DNA of 64,000 bases from Verrucomicrobia bacterium SCGC AAA164-E04 (GTDB lineage Bacteria > Verrucomicrobiota > Verrucomicrobiia > Limisphaerales > AAA164-E04): positions 27,132 through 91,131 of the forward strand of contig KB911862.1 in NCBI GenBank assembly GCA_000383715.1, written 5' to 3'. Below are positions 16,687 to 25,009 of the stretch, in pieces. The position numbers and the translations under genes were made by a program. The notes beneath the pieces were generated by a model. The model was given only the letters and a program-made list of their open reading frames with translations. It had not been told where the DNA came from and did no database searches. How positions within the stretch are numbered: the stretch's first letter is position 1; every line of letters begins with the position of its first letter.

Positions 16687-19197
16687 CTATCGTAGTCGAT
16701 AAAATGCTTGAGTTCCAGTGAATGAGATTTCCACACCACTGACTGCACCGGCCACTTCTTTCCACGGGCCGTTGACTGATGTCGCTGTCTGCAGGGAAGC
16801 ACTCCCTCCCCATTGGAGAATGATTCCCTCAGCTGAACGCGTCAGTTGCACTTTAGGGGAATCTTCTGATCCGCTGCCAAGCTCTCGTCCAAGCACCAGA
16901 GCTCCATAAGAAAATTCTCGATGTGGAGCTCCAGCCCAGTTTAGTTGAGCTTTCCGACCGTTTCCATCATCGTCATTTAATGCAATATTGAAACCAAGAC
17001 GATCTCCTTGCGACACTCCAAGCAGGGCGGCTTTACTGAATTTAAACTCCATCTGATAACCATCCTCTGAATCGCTTGTAGCGGCAAACCAGTCGGCATT
17101 CTTACCCCATTTCGGATTGTTAGCTTCGTTATCTCTGCGAGCTCCATTGGGTGTAAAGACAAACTGTCCCTCGAACTTGCTTTCGGTGTTTCGCTGAGGA
17201 TCGTTACTGTTGTCGGCATCAAAGAATATCTCAATACTATCATCTAACCACGTCTGCTCATCCTCGGAATTTATTGCGGCCGAGTCAGTTGAAATTATAT
17301 CGTCTTTAGCAACAATACCTACGTAAATTGACGACTCATCATGGACTATCCAACCTGTCAGGCTGTGATCTCCATCCTCCCACTCATCATTGCCAACACC
17401 TACATGATAAGATCCAGTGTGCTGATTAAGCACAATTGGAAGCGCTGCCTCATATTCCATGGCTTCGATCTTTCCATCCAGGTTTGGGGCACTTGTTTTT
17501 GGTGCAGTGTAGCTCCTCTCTCCAATGAAAAGGTTGCCGTAAGTTGCTTCATTGTGAGGGGATCCAACCCACATGATTTGTCGGCGGGAGCTTTGATCAT
17601 CATCATTGACGCCAACACTGAAACCGATTGCCTCTCCGGGCTCTGGATTGCCAATCACCGCCAGTGAAATGCGAAATTCGGCAACATAACCGTTATCGGT
17701 TATTTCTGCTTTGGCATACCAGTCAGCGTTTTCTCCAAAGGAAGGATCACCCGCCTCTTTATCGCGTCTGGCATTGTTAGCAGCGATGACAAATTGACCA
17801 CCAGTATCAATGATTTCAGGAATCCCAGCCGTATTGCGTTCCTCAAAATTACTGTTGTCGCCATCGATGAAAACTTCAACGCTATCGTCCTCCCATGTAG
17901 GTCCATCCTCTGAATTTGCCTCAGCGTTGTCATTGACGACCCAATCATCGGTGACCTCCACCGCCAGGTAGAGGTCGCTTTCAAAAACGCCCGCATAAAT
18001 GTTGAACTGAATATCTGTTTCATCCCAGATTTCATCTGGCAGCCCATCACCAAACCCTCCACCTCTGAGCAAGTCCTCCAGTTCTTCATCGTATCGTACA
18101 CTCCAGGAGTTCTGAGCCGCTCCTCCCGCCCATTTCCAACTTTCCTCACTGTCTAAAATACCATCAATAGACGGAGCTGCTGGCAAGGCGAGTGCCATCT
18201 GAGTTTTTGTTGGGTCAAGCGCGATTTCAACAGGGCTGTCACCTTCAACTAATGGGAGGTTTGTCCGAATGAATTCAGCCCAGGCATCTGCCAGGTGTTC
18301 CTGATAGGACGTGGTAAATCGCAAACCATCCCAGAAGATGTAATTCTCGGGGTTTGAAACAATGGAGCCTGAAGCATTGGAAGAAGGTGTACCAAGATAG
18401 CATTCATAGCAGGCAAGCGCGCTGAGTTTGAAGCCATCCTGACGGGCATCAGTCGCCCATTTTTCGTGCCAGCTCACCCAGTCAAAGTAAAATAACGTGA
18501 TATCCTGTCGATCTTGCAAATCAGTGATCACCGATTCAAGCTTCATGTGGTATGCCTCTTGCCACTTTTCCATCTCTCGTTGCGCATGCTGACTTTGTTC
18601 CATCACTGACGGACGAAGACCACTGGTAAACAAATTGCTGATCAGAAAATACTTTCCGCCGGCATCAGCTAACGCAGATACATAACTACCCAAAGCATCC
18701 GCTGTTTTGACTCCTTCATTCCCAGGGAAGCCATTGCCCTGAACATATTGGTCGTTTTCGCCGGCAATGATGATGATCAACTCTTCGCCGCTCAAATTCT
18801 CATTGGCAAGCATCGTGTCAATTTGTTTGCCGACATTGTCCGGATCAAAGCTACCTCCATAACGAGCCATGACATTGCTTCCAATCAGAGGGGCTCCAGC
18901 AACTGCATAATTTGAGCCTCCTTGTTCACTGGCTTCTGGAATTGGCAAGTTTAAATCATCCGCTAAATGTTCGACTGCCAGGGGACCGTTGGAGAATCTG
19001 CCACCGAAATATGGCTCAGGTGGAAAACTAAAGATCTGATAACAGTTACCCGTATCGGAAATTTCACCTCCAAAAATAATTGTTCGTGTGAAAGGTAAAG
19101 CAGGATCCTGTGCCTCGAGATTCTTTGAACTAGCGAAGATTATCAAGGAAGCAAATGCCGCCAACGTAGCTTTGAGCTTAATAGAAAACAATTTCAT
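16687..19197 (-). CDS. Secreted GDSL-like (catalytically substituted) domain, two CBM9-like modules and a C-terminal F(Y/F)R beta-sandwich tail
   Basis: 836 aa with a signal peptide. GDSL scaffold blocks FGGEISDTGN, GRFSNG, AGENDQY and FWDGLRF. Two CBM9-like modules (DDSVEVFIDGDNS...GFSVGVNDDD and DDSIEIFFDADNS...GFNIALNDDD). The tail ends ...GTQAFYRLR. Confidence 0.8.
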   Translation of the reverse strand: MKLFSIKLKATLAAFASLIIFASSKNLEAQDPALPFTRTIIFGGEISDTGNCYQIFSFPPEPYFGGRFSNGPLAVEHLADDLNLPIPEASEQGGSNYAVAGAPLIGSNVMARYGGSFDPDNVGKQIDTMLANENLSGEELIIIIAGENDQYVQGNGFPGNEGVKTADALGSYVSALADAGGKYFLISNLFTSGLRPSVMEQSQHAQREMEKWQEAYHMKLESVITDLQDRQDITLFYFDWVSWHEKWATDARQDGFKLSALACYECYLGTPSSNASGSIVSNPENYIFWDGLRFTTSYQEHLADAWAEFIRTNLPLVEGDSPVEIALDPTKTQMALALPAAPSIDGILDSEESWKWAGGAAQNSWSVRYDEELEDLLRGGGFGDGLPDEIWDETDIQFNIYAGVFESDLYLAVEVTDDWVVNDNAEANSEDGPTWEDDSVEVFIDGDNSNFEERNTAGIPEIIDTGGQFVIAANNARRDKEAGDPSFGENADWYAKAEITDNGYVAEFRISLAVIGNPEPGEAIGFSVGVNDDDQSSRRQIMWVGSPHNEATYGNLFIGERSYTAPKTSAPNLDGKIEAMEYEAALPIVLNQHTGSYHVGVGNDEWEDGDHSLTGWIVHDESSIYVGIVAKDDIISTDSAAINSEDEQTWLDDSIEIFFDADNSNDPQRNTESKFEGQFVFTPNGARRDNEANNPKWGKNADWFAATSDSEDGYQMEFKFSKAALLGVSQGDRLGFNIALNDDDGNGRKAQLNWAGAPHREFSYGALVLGRELGSGSEDSPKVQLTRSAEGIILQWGGSASLQTATSVNGPWKEVAGAVSGVEISFTGTQAFYRLR

Positions 19198-19616
19198 AAT
19201 TCGTCTGGGGTTTCAGTAAAGAAAACGAAAACTCCTCTGCAACGGGGCCAAAAAAATAACTTTTCCTGATAAATTTGCCTCACAGGAAAAGGATTTTCCA
19301 AGCCATCAAAACATCGCTTGACCATTAAGGACTGCAGCCAATAAAGTTTTGATTGGTTTCCTGGAATGCGGATGTGAAGTAAAACTTTACTGTATCCTTA
19401 GTCGAGATTAGTCAGCTTGTAACAATCATCAACACGGCAAATAGCGACTCGGTTCACAATGCAGGGTGAATTGGGTGGGAGTGTTCAAGGTAGGATCATT
19501 GATCATGCGATAGGTCACATAATCATGCCTTCAACGAGGTGCGGAACAGCTTGTGTTTGCTTCTGTTCAGTAAATCTTTTCTTGTATTTCTTTTTCTCAC
19601 ACCTTCCTCTATTGAG

Positions 19617-19698
19617 TCAAAAATCAGTTTTTGATTGGGAATACCAGTCTTGCCTTAAAAAAAGATTGCACTAGTTTCCACTTTTTGAGTTACTCAAA
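19617..19698 (+). promoter_or_regulatory. Two dyad symmetries sharing TCAAA/TTTGA half-sites, upstream of the first gene of the His-rich locus (candidate operator)
   Basis: TCAAAAA-tcag-TTTTTGA at 19617-19634 (7-4-7). TTTGAGT-t-ACTCAAA at 19684-19698 (7-1-7, perfect) ends 8 nt before the ATG at 19707. Confidence 0.3.
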
Positions 19699-19706
19699 TT
19701 TCTGAC

Positions 19707-20075
19707 ATGATCATTTTGCGTCACATCATCACATTATTGATGACGGTAAGCATCCTCACTGCAGGATTTCTTTCCCGTGATGCGGAATTCCATGCCTTGC
19801 TGCATGCTGGTGAAGAATTCTGTGAAGTTAAAGCATCAGAATGCCACCAAAAAGGTCAACATGACCACCATCACGAAGGTGAGGGAGCGGAAGAACATCC
19901 TCATGGGCTCCTGACGCTGATGGCTGGAGCAGCTGTTGAAACCTCATTAGCCCCTCTGGTCTGCCCAGAACCGGTGCCTGCCCAATGGGCTTTTGTGACA
20001 TGGAAGCAAGAGCAAGGTGAAAGCTTTCGGAGCTGGAAAGCTTGCTTGGGACGAGCACCCCCAGCTCGATCCTAA
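19707..20075 (+). CDS. Small N-terminally anchored His-rich protein (hypothetical)
   Basis: 122 aa. N-terminal hydrophobic helix IITLLMTVSILTAGFL is followed by HALLHAGEEFCEVKASECHQKGQHDHHHEGEGAEEHPHG. I recognise no family. Coding status rests on its position and composition. Confidence 0.5.
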   Translation: MIILRHIITLLMTVSILTAGFLSRDAEFHALLHAGEEFCEVKASECHQKGQHDHHHEGEGAEEHPHGLLTLMAGAAVETSLAPLVCPEPVPAQWAFVTWKQEQGESFRSWKACLGRAPPARS

Positions 20076-20183
20076 CATCTCCCTGTTTCATACAAACCAA
20101 GGCGTTCCATCTTCCGTATCCTGTGCCAGTGCACGCAAAACGCTTTATGGAATGCTGCACTTAAAGTTTCCTTTCATAAAATT

Positions 20184-20936
20184 ATGTCAAAATCCTCTTG
20201 GCGCCCACATGTGGGTCCCAGGTTGAGCGATGCTGCAATCCGTGGGTTTACTCTCGTTGAATTACTCGTGGTCATTGCCATCATAGGCTTACTGGCGTCG
20301 ATGCTGTTTCCAGCACTCGGCAAGGCCTCGGCTAAAGCCAAGCAAGTTAAATGTGCCTCCAACATGAGGCAAATTGGTCTTGGTATCTTCATGTATACCG
20401 ATGACTTTGATGGTAAATTGCCGCAGACGGCCCACGAAACGCTGAGCACGAACAAAATCTGGATACGTCAACTGCTTCCTTACGTTGGGAATTCGGACGC
20501 GATCCGCCTTTGTCCGGCTGATCCAAATCGAACAGACCGTCGAGAAAGTGGGGGAACGAGCTATATTCTGAATGAGTTTATTTCGGTTCCGATCGTAGAC
20601 TCATTTGGGCAGACGCTTAAACCCATCCCCAAACTTGATCAACTCAGGCAGCCATCGGAAACCCTATTGCTTTTTGAGGTTGCTGATGATTATGGCCCAT
20701 CCATCTTTTCGGACCATACGCATTCACGCTCCTGGCTCAGAAGTGGATGGGAAGGTGTGGTCGCAGACATTCAAGTGGATCGGCATCGAACTGGAGCTCC
20801 CAACGTGGATCGCACCCAGGGAAAAGCCAATTATCTGTTTGTGGATGGACATGTCGAATCCGTTGATGCCTCTGTATTCAAACAGCAGTTTGATCAGGGT
20901 ATCAATGTTGCCCAGCCTCCAGAGTTCCGGCCTTGA
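20184..20936 (+). CDS. Prepilin-type N-terminal cleavage/methylation domain protein, DUF1559-like
   Basis: 250 aa. [26 protein letters not shown] at the N-terminus and NYLFVDGHVESV near the C-terminus. Confidence 0.85.
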   Translation: MSKSSWRPHVGPRLSDAAIRGFTLVELLVVIAIIGLLASMLFPALGKASAKAKQVKCASNMRQIGLGIFMYTDDFDGKLPQTAHETLSTNKIWIRQLLPYVGNSDAIRLCPADPNRTDRRESGGTSYILNEFISVPIVDSFGQTLKPIPKLDQLRQPSETLLLFEVADDYGPSIFSDHTHSRSWLRSGWEGVVADIQVDRHRTGAPNVDRTQGKANYLFVDGHVESVDASVFKQQFDQGINVAQPPEFRP

Positions 20937-21084
20937 TCGCCATCGGATACTGACTCCAAATAGCCCCAGAAGAATTCAATAGATTCGCTCAAGAGCAAGC
21001 TCATTGCTTACGACTGTACTCATATTCAAGGGGGGGGAAACTCTTACAATACTCACCAAAACAAAAATCAATTTACGAACAATA

Positions 21085-24000
21085 ATGAATCAACACTCAG
21101 TGAAAAACGTTATCATGCTGCTTTTTGGCCTGATTTCAATAACAGCATTGGCCGGTGAACGGCTAAAGTGGACTGATGGTCACGGAGACTTGTCAGTAGG
21201 ATATAACCAAGGAGATTGGGACTGGGGCATATGGGTCAATAGTCCTGTGGACGGAGTGATTGTAAGTCTCAACGAAAAAGCAAAGAATACAATCCCGGAC
21301 ATTACAGGTTTTGAATTTCTTGGGAATGTGGGTGATTCGATATGGATCGCTCCTCAAGTGGATCGAGAAGGTGTTATTTTCTTTGGCATGAATTCCTCTT
21401 CCACGCCTCAAGGAACATTCGAGAGAAATCGCTTTGATCTCTTGTTAACCAGTGTGGAAGGTCCCGGCGATTTTCTCACTTGGATCACAGGGGGCGCGGG
21501 ATCCGTCGAAGTGGGTATGAATTCTCGCGATGGCATCGATACTTCAGATCGTATCGACGTTCCTGCGCCGGGGCATTTCCACCAAAACTGGGGGTTTACC
21601 TCCCCTGGAACCTATCACGTGGGATTTACTGGAGAAGGAATACTTGCCGGTCAGTCAGCATTGGACGTGAGCGACGAACAGGTTTATCGATTTGCCGTCA
21701 ACGTCTTTGACCGAGGTGAACTGGACATGGAAGTTGCCTATGAAGATGGTGAATGGGAGTTGGTTTTACTTGATGAAGTCAATGAAAAAGAGATCGAGGC
21801 AGGAGATGCAGCCTTGCATGCGGGACCATCCACGTGGCAGGCGGTTCCGTCTGATCCGGCTTTTGGTTTCCTGGGAAATCCCGGTGATAGTATCTACATC
21901 CTCCCTCAGGACGAAAAAGAAGGTATCCTGTTTTTGGGGATAGCTGGTGATGAAATTGAATCAGGTGTGTTCGAAAATGATCAGGTTTCCCTGAATCTTT
22001 CAACAGTGGAAGGTCCGGGTTCTGTGTATCTGTATTCAACCGATGCATTCGGTACCCCAAGCAAATACTTCGACTCTGGCGACGGGATAAGCGCGGAGGA
22101 TCAGTTCCCTGTGAGTGTTGGGGGTCATTCCCATCAGAACTGGGCATTCTCATCTCCCGGGATCTATCGTGTTGGTTTGAATGCTTCTGGAGTTTTGGTC
22201 GATGGTACGTCAGCGAAGAGCGATGATACCGTCTTTCTCTTTGAAGTCTTTGGTCCCACTATTTTTGGGGCAGGTGAACTTGATCTTGAAGTTGCCTATG
22301 AAGATGGAGAATGGGAATTGATAGGCCTGGATGAGGTCAATGAGCGTGAAATCAACGCTGATGAACTTGTGATTCTGGGGTCATCGGCCACGCAGACAGT
22401 TGTGCCTGAAAATCCAGCCTTTGGTTTCCTTGGTGCTCCGGGTGAAGTCGTCCATGTGTTGCCACAGGAAGAGACCGAAGGAGTCATCTTTCTGGGTATT
22501 GCCGGTGATGAGATTGAGTCCGGTGTTTTTGTTGGAGACGCCGTGGAGTTGAAACTCGTTTCTTCGGAAGGTCCCGGTCATGTCTCGTTGTATGCTGTGG
22601 ACGCATTCGGAAGTCCAGAGGTCTTCTTCAATACAGCTGACGGGATCAGTGGCAGTGACGCGTTCCCGGTCAATGTTGGTGGGCATTCGCATCAGAACTG
22701 GGGCTTTACACAACCGGGTGTTTATCGGGTTGGCTTGCAGGCTTCTGGAGATCTGGCGGGCAACGCTGGTGGATCTCAAAGTGATGTAGCCATATTCACG
22801 TTCAACATTGAGGGGACAGGAACAACTACAGATACACCACGCGTGGTCTTTGACCGAGGTGAACTGGACATGGAAGTTGCTTACGAAGATGGTGTATTCG
22901 AGCTCGTGCTTCTTGATGAGGTCAACAATCTGGAAATTGAAGCTGCAGATGTCCTCCTCACAGGGACCGCCGCCACATTGGAACCCGTTCCCAACAGTAA
23001 GGCTTTTGGCTTCCTGGGGAATCCAGGCGAACGCATTTTCATTTTACCACAGGACGAGCAGGAGGGAGTCTTGTTCCTCGGCATTGCTGGAGATGAAATT
23101 CCGGCAGGCGAGTTCCGAAATGATTCGGTTGGATTGAATCTGGTTCAAATTACTGGCCCAGGTGATGTGTTCCTCTATGCCACGGATGCTTTTGGGACCC
23201 CAGAAGCCTTCTACAATTCGGCAGATGGCATTGATGAATCCGACGTTTTCCCTGTAAAAGTGGGGGGGCATTCTCATCAGAACTGGGGTTTTTCAGCGGC
23301 AGGAGAATATGAAGTGATTCTGCAGGCTTCAGGTGTCAAGGCTGGAAATGAAGAGTCCGTTGTGAGTGAGCCTGTTGCTTTCTTTTTTCATGTCATCGAG
23401 CCTGAAATTTTCCACTCGGGTGAGCTGGATATGGAAGTTGCCTATGAAGATGGTGCATGGGAGCTTGTTTTGCTGGATGAGGTCAATGAGCGTGAAGTGG
23501 CGCCTGATGAGTCCTTGCTTCAAGGCGGAGCTGCTGTGATGCAGTCAGTTCCGAACAACGCTGCCTTTAGTTTCCTTGGCTCCGTGGGAGATACCGCATG
23601 GGTCCTTCCACAGGAAGAGACCGAGGACGTTCTGTTCCTTGGCATCGCTGGCGATGAGATTGAAGCTGGCATCTTTGAAAATGATGCCGTGGATCTGCAA
23701 CTCAAAAGCGTGCGTGGTCCGGGTGATGTTTCCTTATATGCGGTCGATGCATTTGGAGCTCCCGTTGTCTATATGAATTCAGGTGACGGTATTGATGCCA
23801 ACGATGTTTTTCCGGTTAAAGTCGGAGGACATTCACACCAGAACTGGGGATTTACTGCTCCAGGGATATACAAAATTGCATTGCAGGCAGCAGGCACCCT
23901 CTTTGAAGGGAGTGAATTGATCGAAAGCCAGACAGTTGAATTCACTTTTGAACTTTTGGATGGTTCCTCGTCCATCAGCCTTGTTCGAAACCTGAATGAT

Positions 24001-24201
24001 AGCATCAAACTTCGCTGGGCGACATCGCTCGGAGCGAACTACCAGTTACAATCACGATCTGCTCTAAGCGGTGGAGAATGGGGTGATGTGGGAGAGGTGA
24101 TGTCAGGGACGGGAGAGGTCATGGAATTTGAAGTGCCTGTCATGGCAGATGTAGATTCCTTGTTTTATCGTTTGTGGATAGTGCCTTCAGCGACGCCATA
24201 A
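21085..24201 (+). CDS. Secreted protein of five tandem ~185-aa repeats with a (G/P)GH(S/F)HQNW(G/A)F motif, plus a C-terminal F(Y/F)R tail; resembles the ABC-transporter-associated surface repeat (TIGR03769 / choice-of-anchor M type, from memory)
   Basis: The ORF track opens at 21004. ATG 21085 gives the signal peptide MNQHSVKNVIMLLFGLISITALAG. Five repeats share the blocks GELDMEVAYEDG.WEL, AFGFLG.PG, EGV.FLGIAGDEI, EGPG and GGHSHQNWGF..PG.Y.VGL. The tail ends ...SLFYRLWIVPSATP. Confidence 0.85.
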   Translation: MNQHSVKNVIMLLFGLISITALAGERLKWTDGHGDLSVGYNQGDWDWGIWVNSPVDGVIVSLNEKAKNTIPDITGFEFLGNVGDSIWIAPQVDREGVIFFGMNSSSTPQGTFERNRFDLLLTSVEGPGDFLTWITGGAGSVEVGMNSRDGIDTSDRIDVPAPGHFHQNWGFTSPGTYHVGFTGEGILAGQSALDVSDEQVYRFAVNVFDRGELDMEVAYEDGEWELVLLDEVNEKEIEAGDAALHAGPSTWQAVPSDPAFGFLGNPGDSIYILPQDEKEGILFLGIAGDEIESGVFENDQVSLNLSTVEGPGSVYLYSTDAFGTPSKYFDSGDGISAEDQFPVSVGGHSHQNWAFSSPGIYRVGLNASGVLVDGTSAKSDDTVFLFEVFGPTIFGAGELDLEVAYEDGEWELIGLDEVNEREINADELVILGSSATQTVVPENPAFGFLGAPGEVVHVLPQEETEGVIFLGIAGDEIESGVFVGDAVELKLVSSEGPGHVSLYAVDAFGSPEVFFNTADGISGSDAFPVNVGGHSHQNWGFTQPGVYRVGLQASGDLAGNAGGSQSDVAIFTFNIEGTGTTTDTPRVVFDRGELDMEVAYEDGVFELVLLDEVNNLEIEAADVLLTGTAATLEPVPNSKAFGFLGNPGERIFILPQDEQEGVLFLGIAGDEIPAGEFRNDSVGLNLVQITGPGDVFLYATDAFGTPEAFYNSADGIDESDVFPVKVGGHSHQNWGFSAAGEYEVILQASGVKAGNEESVVSEPVAFFFHVIEPEIFHSGELDMEVAYEDGAWELVLLDEVNEREVAPDESLLQGGAAVMQSVPNNAAFSFLGSVGDTAWVLPQEETEDVLFLGIAGDEIEAGIFENDAVDLQLKSVRGPGDVSLYAVDAFGAPVVYMNSGDGIDANDVFPVKVGGHSHQNWGFTAPGIYKIALQAAGTLFEGSELIESQTVEFTFELLDGSSSISLVRNLNDSIKLRWATSLGANYQLQSRSALSGGEWGDVGEVMSGTGEVMEFEVPVMADVDSLFYRLWIVPSATP
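21163..23961 (+). repeat. Five in-frame tandem coding repeats (546-585 nt each)
   Basis: Unit boundaries read from the translation: R1 21163-21711, R2 21712-22269, R3 22270-22854, R4 22855-23415, R5 23416-23961. The unit starts are nearly identical at DNA level, for example gaactggacatggaagttgc in R2 and R4. Confidence 0.85.
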
Positions 24202-24490
24202 ACGCTTTTGTATTTGGGGAGCAGTGCCCGGCGTGAGACTACAATGGGCGCTGCCACCCCCCTTCTTAACATGTCAATGTTCAGTTGATTTTTACAATGC
24301 AATTTGAGTAATGAAGAATCGAAATAAACCACCTTTGGAATCCATTCAAATTCTTCGATTCACGCCTTTGCTTCAAGTTGTTCACAGCTGCGGAAGAGTG
24401 GCGGCTTGTCTGCCTGGTGGTGAAATAAACGAATTGTGATCGAGTTCTTGAGAAGCGAGTGACCCGAGCGATTCATGCTAAACAAAACAA

Positions 24491-24913
24491 ATGAAAAGTC
24501 ACATATTCATTAAACCCTGTATCACACAGGTTTCCTGCGACATGGATGCGAGCGCCCAAGTGGATTCAAATTTTTGTTCTATTACCAAGATAGTGAGTGA
24601 GTTCGGGTTAAAGCGAAAAATCTCACACGGTCGCCGACAATTCACCCAAGAAGAATACGAAAAGTTAAAACTGATTTGTAAGCTCGGCAGACTCAATGTG
24701 AGTGATACCAGCACATTACTCGGCGACAGCAGTATCAATCATCCTGATTGCGACACTTTTCAAAATAGCAGTGAATCTTCCGACGCTGAACTTAGCAGAC
24801 TGAAAAAACAAGAGCAGTTCTTAGATGAATTGTTGAATGAAATCATGAATTCGACAGCTGATGTGGATAACTATTTGATGAAAGCACTTTTATTATACGC
24901 AGGAAGGGAATGA
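24491..24913 (+). CDS. Hypothetical protein (orphan; weak MerR-like HTH resemblance)
   Basis: 140-aa ORF in a visibly AT-richer segment. ITKIVSEFGLKRKISHGRRQFTQEEYEKLKLICKL is loosely MerR-like. There is no other support. Confidence 0.35.
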   Translation: MKSHIFIKPCITQVSCDMDASAQVDSNFCSITKIVSEFGLKRKISHGRRQFTQEEYEKLKLICKLGRLNVSDTSTLLGDSSINHPDCDTFQNSSESSDAELSRLKKQEQFLDELLNEIMNSTADVDNYLMKALLLYAGRE

Positions 24914-25009
24914 TTTCCCGAATAAGTAGTCAATGGTCATCGTTCATGGCTGCACCAATAATTCATTTCCTTTTTCTAGAATATCAATCCTTAAGCAGAG
25001 ACAAATAAA

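Noticed and set aside
21163-23961. Regularly spaced repeats, considered as a possible CRISPR or other non-coding array
   Set aside because: The period is about 560 nt. The units are in frame and translate into conserved protein repeats, so this is a coding tandem repeat and not a CRISPR array.
24219-24255. Possible terminator hairpin after the repeat-protein gene (GCAGTGCCC ... GGGCGCTGC)
   Set aside because: The stem has a mismatch, the loop is long (about 16 nt) and there is no U-tract. This is too weak to call.
24314-24361. Inverted repeat GAATCGAA ... TTCGATTC upstream of the orphan ORF
   Set aside because: The arms are only 8 bp with a ~32-nt spacer and the flanks are imperfect. This is within chance expectation and has no positional argument.
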